Shown piece by piece: positions 31,319 through 40,897 of a DNA stretch of 64,000 bases (the first letter of the stretch is position 1; every line of letters begins with the position of its first letter). Below the pieces are notes generated by a model. It was given only the letters and a program-made list of their open reading frames with translations, was not told where the DNA came from and did not search any database. The DNA comes from Desulfobacterales bacterium (GTDB lineage Bacteria > Desulfobacterota > Desulfobacteria > Desulfobacterales > UBA5852), in contig CAXXVS010000003.1 of the NCBI GenBank assembly GCA_963674755.2, forward strand, positions 1,696,001-1,760,000. The letters are read 5' to 3'. Both the position numbers and the translations under genes were made by a program.

Positions 31319-32877
31319 TACTGACGTGGCTCGTCGCGATACCGGCCGGCGGGGGACTGCTGGCCTGGCTGACCGGACGGAAGAACCCCCAGGGACCGCG
31401 CTGGATCGCCCTGGGAGTGCTGGTGGTGGAACTGGCAGCGGCCCTGATGCTGACCGCCCGTTTTGCGGACCGCCTGTGGTCGCCGGACCAGGGGCGGTGG
31501 TTGACCACGGTCAAGATCGCCTGGATCCCTTCCTTTGGCATCAATTTTGCGCTGGCCCTGGACGGGTTCAGCTTGCTGCTGGTGCTGCTGACGGCGGTGC
31601 TGGGCATCATGGCGCTGGCCTCCGCCTGGACCGAAATCAAGGAGCGCACCGGGTTTTTCTACTTCAATCTCCTATGGGTGTTGAGCGGCATCATGGGTGT
31701 GTTCCTGACCATGGACCTCTTCCTCTTCTATTTCTTCTGGGAAGTCATGCTGATCCCCATGTATCTCATCATCCTGCTGTGGGGACATGCCAACCGGGTC
31801 TATGCCGCCACCAAGTTTTTCCTGTTTACCCAGATCAGCGGGCTGCTGATGCTGCTGGCCATCCTGGGGCTCTACTTTTTGCACGGGCGTGCCACCGGCG
31901 TCTATACCTTCGACTACCGGGAATTGCTGGGCACGGTCATGTCCCCCGGGATCGCCCGCTGGCTCATGCTGGGCTTTCTGGCGGCCTTCGTGGTCAAGCT
32001 GCCGGTCGTGCCGGTGCATTCCTGGCTGCCGGACGCCCACACCGAGGCGCCGACCCCGGGCAGCGTCATTCTGGCCGGGCTGCTGCTGAAAACCGGCGCT
32101 TACGGGCTGGTGCGGTTTGCCGTGCCCTTGTTTCCCGAGGCCGCTGCGTCCCTGGCGCCTGCCGGCATGGCCCTGGGTGTGGTGTCGATCCTCTACGGCG
32201 CGCTCCTGGCCCTGGGCCAGTCCGACCTGAAACGGCTGGTGGCTTACACCAGTGTCAGCCACATGGGGTTTGTCATGCTGGGGGTGTTCGCCTGGAACCA
32301 ATTGGCACTCCAGGGCGTGGTCATGCAGATGATCTGTCACGGTATCAGCACCGGGGCCCTGTTCATGCTGGTGGGGGCCCTGCAGCAGCGCCTGGGAACG
32401 CGGGACCTGAAGCAGATGGGCGGCCTCTGGGACAGCATGCCCCGCATGGGGGCGGTCTTTCTATTGTTTGCCATGGCGTCCCTCGGCCTGCCGGGCCTGG
32501 GCAATTTCATCGCGGAATTCCTGATTCTGCTGGGCGCTTACCAGGTGAGTGTCCTGTGGGCCGTGCTGGCCGCGATAGGCCTGGTGGCGGCCAGCGTCTA
32601 CGCCCTGCGGATGCTGCAGGCCAGCTTCCACGGGAAGGCGGTCCATACCTGGCAAGTGCCCGATCTCGCGTTGCGTGAAACCGCGGCCATGACCTGCATG
32701 GTCGTGATCATCGTTTGGCTGGGACTCTTTCCGCAGTGGGTTCTCAACACGGCCCGCGGCCCGCTACAGGCCCTGCAAAAGACCGCCGTCGTCCGGACCC
32801 AGCAGACGCCCCCCGGGATCGTGCGCCTTATCAGCCAGCAACTGGCGGTTCCACCGCTGGAAGGAGGACGCCCATGA
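31315..32877 (+). CDS. nuoM: NADH-quinone oxidoreductase subunit M
   Basis: 'HSWLPDAHTEAP', 'DLKRLVAYTSVSHMG'. ATGA overlap with nuoL. Confidence 0.96.
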   Translation: MILTWLVAIPAGGGLLAWLTGRKNPQGPRWIALGVLVVELAAALMLTARFADRLWSPDQGRWLTTVKIAWIPSFGINFALALDGFSLLLVLLTAVLGIMALASAWTEIKERTGFFYFNLLWVLSGIMGVFLTMDLFLFYFFWEVMLIPMYLIILLWGHANRVYAATKFFLFTQISGLLMLLAILGLYFLHGRATGVYTFDYRELLGTVMSPGIARWLMLGFLAAFVVKLPVVPVHSWLPDAHTEAPTPGSVILAGLLLKTGAYGLVRFAVPLFPEAAASLAPAGMALGVVSILYGALLALGQSDLKRLVAYTSVSHMGFVMLGVFAWNQLALQGVVMQMICHGISTGALFMLVGALQQRLGTRDLKQMGGLWDSMPRMGAVFLLFAMASLGLPGLGNFIAEFLILLGAYQVSVLWAVLAAIGLVAASVYALRMLQASFHGKAVHTWQVPDLALRETAAMTCMVVIIVWLGLFPQWVLNTARGPLQALQKTAVVRTQQTPPGIVRLISQQLAVPPLEGGRP

Positions 32878-34292
32878 ATCCCGATGCCTGGCGCGCGGTC
32901 ATGCCGCTGGTCTGCCTGGCGGCCGCGGCGATCGTCCTGCTGCTCCTGATCCCGGTGCGCCGCCGGCATGGCGCGGCCGTGGTAGTGGCCCTGGCCGGCT
33001 TGGCGGCGGCCCTGGCGACCCTGCCCGATCTTTCCGGCGGGCGTATCGTCCAGGTGACCCCGCTGCTTGTCTTCGACGGCACCGCCGTGGTCTATCTGGC
33101 CCTGTTCACCCTGGCCGGCGCAGTCACGGTCTTGCTGTCCTACGGTTACCTGCAGACCTATGACGGCCGCCGCGAAGAGTTCTACCTCCTGGTATTGCTG
33201 GCCGTTATAGGGGCTTCGGTGCTGGCCGTGAGCAACCATTTCGCCGCCCTGTTTCTCGGTTTGGAAATCCTCAGCATTGCGCTTTACGCGCTGATTCCCT
33301 ATCCCCACCGCACCGGCGCCCAGCTCGAGGCGGCCGTCAAGTATCTGATCCTGGCGGCGGTCTCATCGGCTTTCCTGCTGTTCGGCATGGCTCTGTTTTA
33401 CGCCGGCGCGGGTTACATGACCATCGGATCGGTGGCGGCCCTGCTGGGCAACGCCACCAATCCGGCCATCCGCTGGCTGACGGCCGGGGTGGCTATGATG
33501 ATTGTCGCCGTCGGATTCAAGCTGGCCGTGGTGCCCTTTCACCTCTGGACACCGGACGTGTACCAGGGGGCGCCGCCGCCCATCGGGGCTTTTGTGGCCA
33601 CCGTTTCCAAAGGGGCCATCGTGGCCCTGTTGCTGCGCCTGCTGCCGCCCGGGGACCTGCCCCGGGGGTTCATCATCGTTTTCACCGCCATGGCCATGGC
33701 GTCCATGATCGCCGGCAACCTCCTGGCCCTGCGCCAGAACAACATCAAACGGATTCTGGCCTATTCTTCCATCGCCCACATGGGTTACCTCCTGGTGGCC
33801 TACCTGGCCGGCGGAGCGATGGCCACGGCTGCGGTCACCTTCTATCTGGCGACCTATTTCGTGACCAATCTGGGCGCCTTCGGGGTGCTTACCCTCCTGT
33901 CCGGGCCGGAAAAGGATGCCGAAGCGCTGGAAGACTTCCGCGGTCTGTTCTGGCGCCAGCCCTGGCTGGCGGGCATCCTGGTGCTGATGGTGTTCTCCCT
34001 GGCCGGTCTGCCGCTGACCGCCGGATTTCCGGGCAAGTTCTACCTGGTGGCGGCCGGCGTGGCCGGGGCCCGCTGGATGCTGGTCGTCACCCTGGCGATC
34101 ACCAGTACCATCGGCCTGTACTATTATCTACGTATTGCGGTAACCCTCTTCGCCCGTGCGCCGGAAAGCGCCGGCCTGCGACCCGGCCCGGCCCTGCTCG
34201 GCCGTTTCACCCTGGCGGGTCTGACGGGCGTCCTGGTGTGGATCGGGGTGCTGCCGGAGGCGGTGATAGCGCTTATCCGAGCCTTCCTCTAG
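32874..34292 (+). CDS. nuoN: NADH-quinone oxidoreductase subunit N
   Basis: 'EAAVKYLIL', 'FKLAVVPFHLWTPDVYQGAP', 'KRILAYSSIAH'. Confidence 0.96.
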   Translation: MNPDAWRAVMPLVCLAAAAIVLLLLIPVRRRHGAAVVVALAGLAAALATLPDLSGGRIVQVTPLLVFDGTAVVYLALFTLAGAVTVLLSYGYLQTYDGRREEFYLLVLLAVIGASVLAVSNHFAALFLGLEILSIALYALIPYPHRTGAQLEAAVKYLILAAVSSAFLLFGMALFYAGAGYMTIGSVAALLGNATNPAIRWLTAGVAMMIVAVGFKLAVVPFHLWTPDVYQGAPPPIGAFVATVSKGAIVALLLRLLPPGDLPRGFIIVFTAMAMASMIAGNLLALRQNNIKRILAYSSIAHMGYLLVAYLAGGAMATAAVTFYLATYFVTNLGAFGVLTLLSGPEKDAEALEDFRGLFWRQPWLAGILVLMVFSLAGLPLTAGFPGKFYLVAAGVAGARWMLVVTLAITSTIGLYYYLRIAVTLFARAPESAGLRPGPALLGRFTLAGLTGVLVWIGVLPEAVIALIRAFL

Positions 34293-34537
34293 TTTCCATT
34301 TGGAGACGGCATCTTTTGGCCCCTGGCGGCGTTTGCGCCTTCAGTCGGTCCTCGGCGTAGCCGGGCTACGCCTGTGGGCACCCACCGTTGAAGAATCCAT
34401 CAGATGGGAAGTCCCGCTCGGCGGGACGCCAGCCGGAAGCGGTTTGTTGAACACCGGTGTCTTTAAAGATCAAACGTGAAATCCCGCGCCGTGCGGCGGG
34501 ACCAGGAACCAAAATCTACCATCTCCAGAGGGAAACT
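34290..34537. repeat. Structured intergenic repeat (family B, copy 1) with an internal replacement making it about 100 bp longer
   Basis: Shares CGGCATCTTTTGGCCC, the central CGTAGCC..GCTACG hairpin and GGAACCAAAATCTACCA with 35730-35876. Terminal inverted repeats. Confidence 0.8.
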
Positions 34538-34739
34538 CGCCAAGGACATAAGTTTTTCCTATACCCGTAGGAGGCGTTGTTGCTACCGCCGTCCGGACAC
34601 AGCCGAAAAGCGGCTGGTGCAGGACCTATTTTGACAGGCGCCCTCGTGAACCTATTTTTAGGGATAAACTGCTGCAGGTCATGACGCCCGCCTTTGTATA
34701 ACCACACCACCGCCGGTTGCGCCGGCCGAGGAGGACCGT

Positions 34740-35732
34740 ATGGACATTTCAACGACGTATCTGGGGTTAACCCTGCCCAGTCCGGTCATCGCCGGCAGTT
34801 CGGGATTGACCGGGTCGGTCGATAAGATCACCGCCTTCGCACGCCACGGCGCCGGGGCGGTGGTGCTCAAATCCATCTTCGAGGAGGAGATCTATTTCGA
34901 GGAGGAGGACATCATCAAGGAGGCCGAAGCCGAAGGGGTGAATCTGGACCAGTTCGACTACTTCGACTTTCACCTGAAGGGCCAGAAGCTCGACCGCTAT
35001 ATCAAATTGATCGAGGACGCCAAGCAGGCGGTGGACATTCCGGTTATCGCCAGCATCAACTGTGTCTACTCCCATGAATGGACCGCTTTTGCCCACCGGA
35101 TCGAAGGGGCCGGCGCCGACGCCCTGGAGTTGAACATGTTCTTTCTGCCGTCGGATTTCGAACGCACGGCCCGGGAGCAGGAAGAGGCCTACTTCGAGAT
35201 CATCGACAAGATCACCTCGGCCGTGTCCATCCCGGTGGCCCTCAAGATCAGCCATTACTTCTCCAGTCTGGGCCCCATGATCCAGCGCCTGTCCCGCACG
35301 GGCGTGGCCGGGCTGGTGCTCTTCAACCGTTTCTTCAGTCCGGACATCGACATCGAGGCCTTCAAGGTCAAGCCTTCCTTTGTCTTCAGCACACCGGCCG
35401 AGCTGGCCCTCTCCCTGCGCTGGATCGGCATCATGGCTCAAAAGGTGGACTGCGACCTGGTGGCTTCCACGGGGGTGCACGACGGCGCGGCGCTCATCAA
35501 ACAGCTACTGGCGGGGGCAAAGGCGGTCCAGACGGTGTCCAGCCTGTACCAGAAGGGGCCGGCCCACATCGAAACCCTGCTGACCGACCTGAAGGCCTGG
35601 ATGCAGCGCCACAAGTTTGCGTCCCTGTACGATTTTCGCGGCCGGATGAGCCAGGAGGCGGCCAGCAATCCCGCGATCTACGAGCGGGTGCAGTTCATGC
35701 GCTACTTCGGGGGCGAAGCGGACGTGACCTAG
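34740..35732 (+). CDS. Dihydroorotate dehydrogenase-like flavoprotein (DHOD_like)
   Basis: 'YLGLTLPSPVIAGSS', 'GAVVLKSIFEE', 'LELNMFFLP', 'YERVQFM'. SD GAGGAGG. Confidence 0.88.
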   Translation: MDISTTYLGLTLPSPVIAGSSGLTGSVDKITAFARHGAGAVVLKSIFEEEIYFEEEDIIKEAEAEGVNLDQFDYFDFHLKGQKLDRYIKLIEDAKQAVDIPVIASINCVYSHEWTAFAHRIEGAGADALELNMFFLPSDFERTAREQEEAYFEIIDKITSAVSIPVALKISHYFSSLGPMIQRLSRTGVAGLVLFNRFFSPDIDIEAFKVKPSFVFSTPAELALSLRWIGIMAQKVDCDLVASTGVHDGAALIKQLLAGAKAVQTVSSLYQKGPAHIETLLTDLKAWMQRHKFASLYDFRGRMSQEAASNPAIYERVQFMRYFGGEADVT

Positions 35733-35876
35733 TGCCCATCCAGAGGCGGCATCTTTTGGCCCAGGCCAGCGTTCTCGCTCTTTGAAAATCCTCGCCGTAG
35801 CCCAGCTACGCCTCCGGGTTCCAAAGAACTGCGGCCTTGGCCGGAACCAAAATCTACCACCTCTGAATGGGCACTA
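35730..35876. repeat. Structured intergenic repeat (family B, copy 2)
   Basis: TAGTGCCCATCCAGAGG...CCTCTGAATGGGCACTA terminal inverted repeats with one mismatch. Confidence 0.8.
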
Positions 35877-35948
35877 CCTATACGAAGACTATGGTTGCGG
35901 AGCGCCGTCGTTCCGCGTCGGCATGACGATTCTGGGAGTGCCACACGC

Positions 35949-36881
35949 ATGTCAGCGGTTAAACTTGTCGAAGTCGGCCCTCGGGACGGACTGCAAAACG
36001 AGAAAGTGAAGATTCCCACGGCAGCCAAGGTGGCTTTCGTGGATGCCCTTTCTGAGACGGGCGTGGACGAGATCGAAGTTAGCGCTTTTGTCGCGCCGCG
36101 CCGGGTGCCCCAGTTGGACGACGCCGAAGCGGTTTTCCGCGACATCCGCCGTACCGATGCCGTCGTTTATTCCGCCCTCGTGCCCAATGAAAGGGGCCTT
36201 GCGCGCGCCCTGGCCTGCGGAGTGGACAAGATCGCCGTCTTCACCGCGGTCAGCGAGATCTTCAACCAAAACAACATCCACACTTCCTTTGACGGTTCCC
36301 TGCGGCGTTTCCGGCCGGTGATCAGACGGGCCAAGTCAGCAGGACGCCCGGTGCGGGGCTACCTGTCGACCGCCTTCTGGTGCGCCTTCGAGGGTCGGAT
36401 CCCGCCGCAAAAGGCCATCAGCGCGGCGGAGGCGCTGTTCGAGATCGGCGTTGACGAGGTGTCGATTTCCGACACCGTGGGGAAGGCGACGCCGGAGGAG
36501 GTCGCGCAATTGCTCGAAAGCCTGCTGCGCAGGATCGCGCCGGAGCGCATCGCCATGCATTTCCATGACACGTTCGGTCATGCCGCGGCCAATGTCCGCC
36601 GATCCTGGGATTACGGGGTCCGGATTTTCGACGCGAGTGTGGGCGGGCTCGGGGGCTGCCCCTTTTCACCCGGGGCCACGGGCAATGTCGCCACGGAAAC
36701 CGTGGCGGCCGCGCTGACGGGCCAGGGCGCGGATGTCGACATCGATCTTCGAAAGCTCGCCCATGCCCGCCAGCTTCTCAATCCTTACCTGGGGAAGGAG
36801 CGGCGTGCCCGGTCTCCGGAAAGCGGGCGGACTTGCGAGACATGCGACTACTTTGCGGGGGAGATATGCTGCGGCCGTTAG
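35949..36881 (+). CDS. Hydroxymethylglutaryl-CoA lyase family protein
   Basis: 'EVGPRDGLQNE', 'HFHDTFG', 'GGLGGCPFSPGATGNVATE'. Confidence 0.92.
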   Translation: MSAVKLVEVGPRDGLQNEKVKIPTAAKVAFVDALSETGVDEIEVSAFVAPRRVPQLDDAEAVFRDIRRTDAVVYSALVPNERGLARALACGVDKIAVFTAVSEIFNQNNIHTSFDGSLRRFRPVIRRAKSAGRPVRGYLSTAFWCAFEGRIPPQKAISAAEALFEIGVDEVSISDTVGKATPEEVAQLLESLLRRIAPERIAMHFHDTFGHAAANVRRSWDYGVRIFDASVGGLGGCPFSPGATGNVATETVAAALTGQGADVDIDLRKLAHARQLLNPYLGKERRARSPESGRTCETCDYFAGEICCGR

Positions 36882-37006
36882 GTGAGGTTTGATCTGAATC
36901 GGCCTCCTCTGGTGACAGCGCCAGGGAGGGTTTTCCGATCCAGGATTTTTATTAAATGATTTCTTTATTTTCTTCCCCTTGGAAGAAAATAAAGGGGGTG
37001 ACAACC

Positions 37007-38560
37007 ATGCATGACGACTACAGCGCGACCCTGGAAACCCTGGAACGGCTGCGGGCCGAATCCCTGGCCGCCGGCGATACGAAGAAAGTCGCGGCCCAGC
37101 ACGGCAAAGGCAAGCTCAGTGCCCGGGAGCGAATCGACCTGCTCCTGGACGACGGCACTTTTGAGGAGTTCGATGTGCTCAAGACCGGCCGGGGGGGCGC
37201 CCTGGGGGATGAGCGCACCTATCCCGGCGACGGTGTCATCACCGGCCACGGGGCCATCGACGGGCGCGAAGTCTTTATCTTCAGCCAGGATTTTACCGTC
37301 GTGGGCGGGTCCCTGGGCGAAGCGCACGCCCAGAAGATCTGCAAGGTAATGGACCTGGCCGTCAAGGTGGGCGCGCCCATCATCGGTCTGAACGACTCGG
37401 GCGGGGCCCGCATCCAGGAAGGGGTGGACGCCCTGGCGGCCTACGGCGAAATCTTCCATCGCAACGTGCGGGCCAGCGGGGTCGTGCCCCAGGTCTCCTG
37501 CATCATGGGGCCCTGCGCGGGCGGGGCGGTCTACAGCCCGGCCATCACCGATTTCGTCTTCATGGTGCAGGCCTCCTCCTATATGTTCGTCACCGGACCG
37601 AGCGTGGTCCGGACCGTCACCCACCAGGACATCACGGCCGAAGACCTGGGCGGGGCCGGGGTGCATGCCGGCCGGAGCGGCGTGGCCCATTTCACGGCGG
37701 CCAACGACGTGCTTTGCCTGCGCGAGGTGCGCCGGCTGGTCAACTACCTGCCCTCGAACAACCGGCAGCGCGCGCCCCTGTTGGATTTGCACGATCCGGC
37801 CGACCGCACGGACCCGGCCCTGGACTACCTCGTCCCGGAAAATCCCAACCAGACCTACGACATGAACATCCTGATCTTCAGTATCCTCGACGGGGCCGAG
37901 TTCATGGAAGTGCAGCCCGATTTTGCCCGCAACATCATCTGCGGCTTCGGTCGTCTGGGAAGGCAGACCGTGGGCCTGGTGGCCAACCAGCCGGCCGTGC
38001 TGGCCGGCGTGCTGGACACCGACGCCTCCTTCAAGGCCGGGCGTTTCGTGCGCTTCTGCGATGCCTTCAACATTCCCCTGATCGCCCTGGTGGATGTTCC
38101 GGGATTCATGCCCGGACCGGACCAGGAACACGGCGGCATCATCCGCCACGGCGCCAAACTGCTCTATGCCTTCACCGAGGCCACGGTGCCGCGCATCTCC
38201 GTGATCGTGCGTAAGGCTTACGGCGGGGCCTATCTGGTGATGAATTCCAAGCATATCCACTGCGATGTCAACTACGCCTGGCCCTCGGCCGAGATCGCGG
38301 TCATGGGCCCCAAAGGCGCGGCCGAGGTGATCTACCGCAAGGAGATTCAGACGGCCGCGGACCCGGAGGCGCTCTTGAACGCGAAGATGAGCGACTACCG
38401 CCGCACCTTTGCCAACCCCTTCCTGGCGGCCAAGCGGGGCTATATCGACGACGTGATCTTTCCGCGCGACACCCGCCACCGGCTGATCCGCACCCTGCAG
38501 GTCCTGGAGGGCAAGGAAGCCAAAGGCCCGAACCGCAAACACGGCAATATTCCCCTGTGA
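37007..38560 (+). CDS. Acyl-CoA carboxylase carboxyltransferase subunit (PccB-like)
   Basis: 'DSGGARIQEG', 'GPCAGGAVYSPA', 'RKAYGGAY', C-terminal 'KHGNIPL'. Confidence 0.93.
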   Translation: MHDDYSATLETLERLRAESLAAGDTKKVAAQHGKGKLSARERIDLLLDDGTFEEFDVLKTGRGGALGDERTYPGDGVITGHGAIDGREVFIFSQDFTVVGGSLGEAHAQKICKVMDLAVKVGAPIIGLNDSGGARIQEGVDALAAYGEIFHRNVRASGVVPQVSCIMGPCAGGAVYSPAITDFVFMVQASSYMFVTGPSVVRTVTHQDITAEDLGGAGVHAGRSGVAHFTAANDVLCLREVRRLVNYLPSNNRQRAPLLDLHDPADRTDPALDYLVPENPNQTYDMNILIFSILDGAEFMEVQPDFARNIICGFGRLGRQTVGLVANQPAVLAGVLDTDASFKAGRFVRFCDAFNIPLIALVDVPGFMPGPDQEHGGIIRHGAKLLYAFTEATVPRISVIVRKAYGGAYLVMNSKHIHCDVNYAWPSAEIAVMGPKGAAEVIYRKEIQTAADPEALLNAKMSDYRRTFANPFLAAKRGYIDDVIFPRDTRHRLIRTLQVLEGKEAKGPNRKHGNIPL

Positions 38561-38568
38561 GGCCTGTC

Positions 38569-40578
38569 ATGTTCGATAAAATTCTGGTTGCCAACCGAGG
38601 TGAAATCGCTGTCCGCATCATTCGCAGCTGCCAGCGTCTGGGCATCGGCGCCGTGGCGGTCTATTCGGACGCGGACAGCCGCAGCCGCCACGTGCAGCAG
38701 GCCGATGAGGCCGTGCACATCGGCCCGGCCCCGGCCCCGGCGTCCTATCTGGATGCGGGCAAGATCATTGACGCAGCCCGTTCCACCGGCTGCCGGGCCG
38801 TGCATCCGGGCTACGGTTTCCTGTCGGAAAACGCCGATTTCGCCCGGCGGGTGGCCGCAGCCGGGCTGGTGTTCATCGGCCCGCCGGCCGAGGCCATCGC
38901 GCTGATGGGCGACAAGATTGCCAGCAAGGAGCTGGCCGCCCGGGCCGGGGTGCCCGTCATCCCCGGCCATGCCGGGGAACTGGCGGACGAAGCGCAAGCC
39001 CGGGCCGCGGCCGAGGCGGTCGGCTATCCGGTGCTGCTCAAGCCCGCCGCCGGCGGGGGCGGCAAAGGCATGCGCATCGTGCGCCAACCGGAGGAGCTGG
39101 CGGCCGCCCTGGCGGCCAGCCGCCAGGAGACCCGCAAAGCCTTCGGCGACAGCCGGATTTTCATCGAGCGCTATATCGAAGAGCCGCGGCACGTGGAAAT
39201 TCAGATCATGGCCGACGCCTCCGGGCAGGTGGTCCACCTGGGGGAGCGGGAGTGCTCCATCCAGCGGCGCTACCAGAAGATCATCGAGGAGTCCCCCTCG
39301 CCGGCCGTCTCCGAGGACCTGCGCCGGCGCATGGGGCAGGCGGCCTGCGCCCTGGCCCGCCAGGCCGGCTATGTCAATGCCGGCACGGTGGAGTTCGTGC
39401 TGGACGCGGGGGGTGACTTTTATTTTCTGGAGATGAACACCCGCCTGCAGGTGGAGCATCCGGTCACCGAAGAGGTCACCAGGCTGGATCTGGTGGAACT
39501 CCAAATCCGGGTGGCGGCCGGCGAGCGGCTGCCGCTGGATCAGGAGCGCATGGGGCCCAAGGGCTGGGCCATGGAGGCGCGCATCTGCGCCGAAGACCCC
39601 GAGCGGGGCTTCATTCCGTCAACGGGCATGATCACCCGCTACGCCGAGCCCAAGGGCAACGCCATCCGGGTGGACAGCGGCATCCAGACCGGCAGCAGCA
39701 TCGGGGTCTACTACGACTCCCTGCTGGCCAAGGTCATCTGCCACGGCCGGGATCGGGACGAGGCCCGTCTGCGGCTGATCGAAGCCCTGAACGGCTACCA
39801 CATCGAAGGCGTCGTCACCAATACCGACTTCGTCGCCAGCATCCTGAGCCACCCGGAATTTGCGGCGGGCAAGCTGAGCACGGGGTTTATCGAACGCCAT
39901 TTCGAGGGCGGTCAGGCGAAGCACCCGCCGGACGAACGCGCCTTCGAACTGGCGGCCCTGACGGCCGCCCTGATCTACCACGTCCGCATGGTGGCCGTGC
40001 AGGAATCCCTGCGCCCCATGGCGCCCCGGATCGGGGGTGAAAAAGTCGCGGTCCGCGAGCACCGCTATTTCGTGCGGGCGGGTGAGGATGCCCTGGAAGT
40101 GCGGCTCGAGGGACCGATTGACGGCCGGCGCTGGACGATTCGCATCGGCCCCCACAGCTATGCGGTGATTCCGCCTGAATTCGAGTTCTACCGCCGGCGG
40201 CTCAAACTCACCATCGACGAGCAGGTCCACCGCTTCCGGGTTCGGTTTGAGCAATCCTTTATCTACGTCGCCTTCAGCGGCATCACCCGGGTCTTCGAGA
40301 TCTATACCCCCAAGGAGTGGGCCCTGATGCCCTACATGCCCGACCGGACCGCCGCGCCGGCCGAGAATGTGCTTGTCTGTCCCATGCCGGGGCTGGTGGT
40401 GGGCGTGTCCGTCAAGGAGGGCGAACGCGTCTTCCGGGGCCAGACCCTGGTGGTCCTCGAATCCATGAAGATGGAAAGCGACGTGGCCTCCCCGGTGGAC
40501 GGTGTCGTGGCCGAAGTCCTGGGCGCCCAGGGACAGGCGGTGGAGGCCGGGGACGTGCTGATCCGTTTCGAGGCCTGA
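38569..40578 (+). CDS. Acyl-CoA carboxylase biotin carboxylase/biotin carrier subunit (PccA-like)
   Basis: 'ANRGEIA', 'GGGGKGMR', 'EMNTRLQVEHPVTE', biotinyl 'ESMKM'. Confidence 0.93.
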   Translation: MFDKILVANRGEIAVRIIRSCQRLGIGAVAVYSDADSRSRHVQQADEAVHIGPAPAPASYLDAGKIIDAARSTGCRAVHPGYGFLSENADFARRVAAAGLVFIGPPAEAIALMGDKIASKELAARAGVPVIPGHAGELADEAQARAAAEAVGYPVLLKPAAGGGGKGMRIVRQPEELAAALAASRQETRKAFGDSRIFIERYIEEPRHVEIQIMADASGQVVHLGERECSIQRRYQKIIEESPSPAVSEDLRRRMGQAACALARQAGYVNAGTVEFVLDAGGDFYFLEMNTRLQVEHPVTEEVTRLDLVELQIRVAAGERLPLDQERMGPKGWAMEARICAEDPERGFIPSTGMITRYAEPKGNAIRVDSGIQTGSSIGVYYDSLLAKVICHGRDRDEARLRLIEALNGYHIEGVVTNTDFVASILSHPEFAAGKLSTGFIERHFEGGQAKHPPDERAFELAALTAALIYHVRMVAVQESLRPMAPRIGGEKVAVREHRYFVRAGEDALEVRLEGPIDGRRWTIRIGPHSYAVIPPEFEFYRRRLKLTIDEQVHRFRVRFEQSFIYVAFSGITRVFEIYTPKEWALMPYMPDRTAAPAENVLVCPMPGLVVGVSVKEGERVFRGQTLVVLESMKMESDVASPVDGVVAEVLGAQGQAVEAGDVLIRFEA

Positions 40579-40649
40579 TGCGCTGTTTTTGATCTATCCG
40601 CTCCGCTCATCGTGTAGGACACCGAGCGATTCTGCCGATCTGAGATGCG

Positions 40650-40880
40650 TTTTGTATAAGATTCTCTTCATTTTCTTCCACGTGGAAGAAAACGAAGCAA
40701 AAGAAGACGCCCGTGCCCCGCGGCCCCTTCGGGGCTGCCCTGCGCGTCGTCGCGCCGGCCGGAGCACGCGGAAACTCGCCCCGCCTACGCTAAAGCTACG
40801 GCGGGACTCAGACAGTCCGCGCGCTTTAATCCGTCCGCCCCGCCGATGCTCGGCGCGGGACAAAGGGAAATTCAAAACCA
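40650..40880. repeat. Multi-hairpin intergenic repeat/MITE-like element containing a nested REP-like hairpin
   Basis: Hairpins TTTTCTTCC-acgt-GGAAGAAAA, GCCCC-TTCG-GGGC and CCGCCTACGCTAAAGCTACGGCGG. The 5' end recurs degenerately at about 41005-41056. Confidence 0.6.
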
Positions 40881-40897
40881 AAACGCCAAAAAGATCC

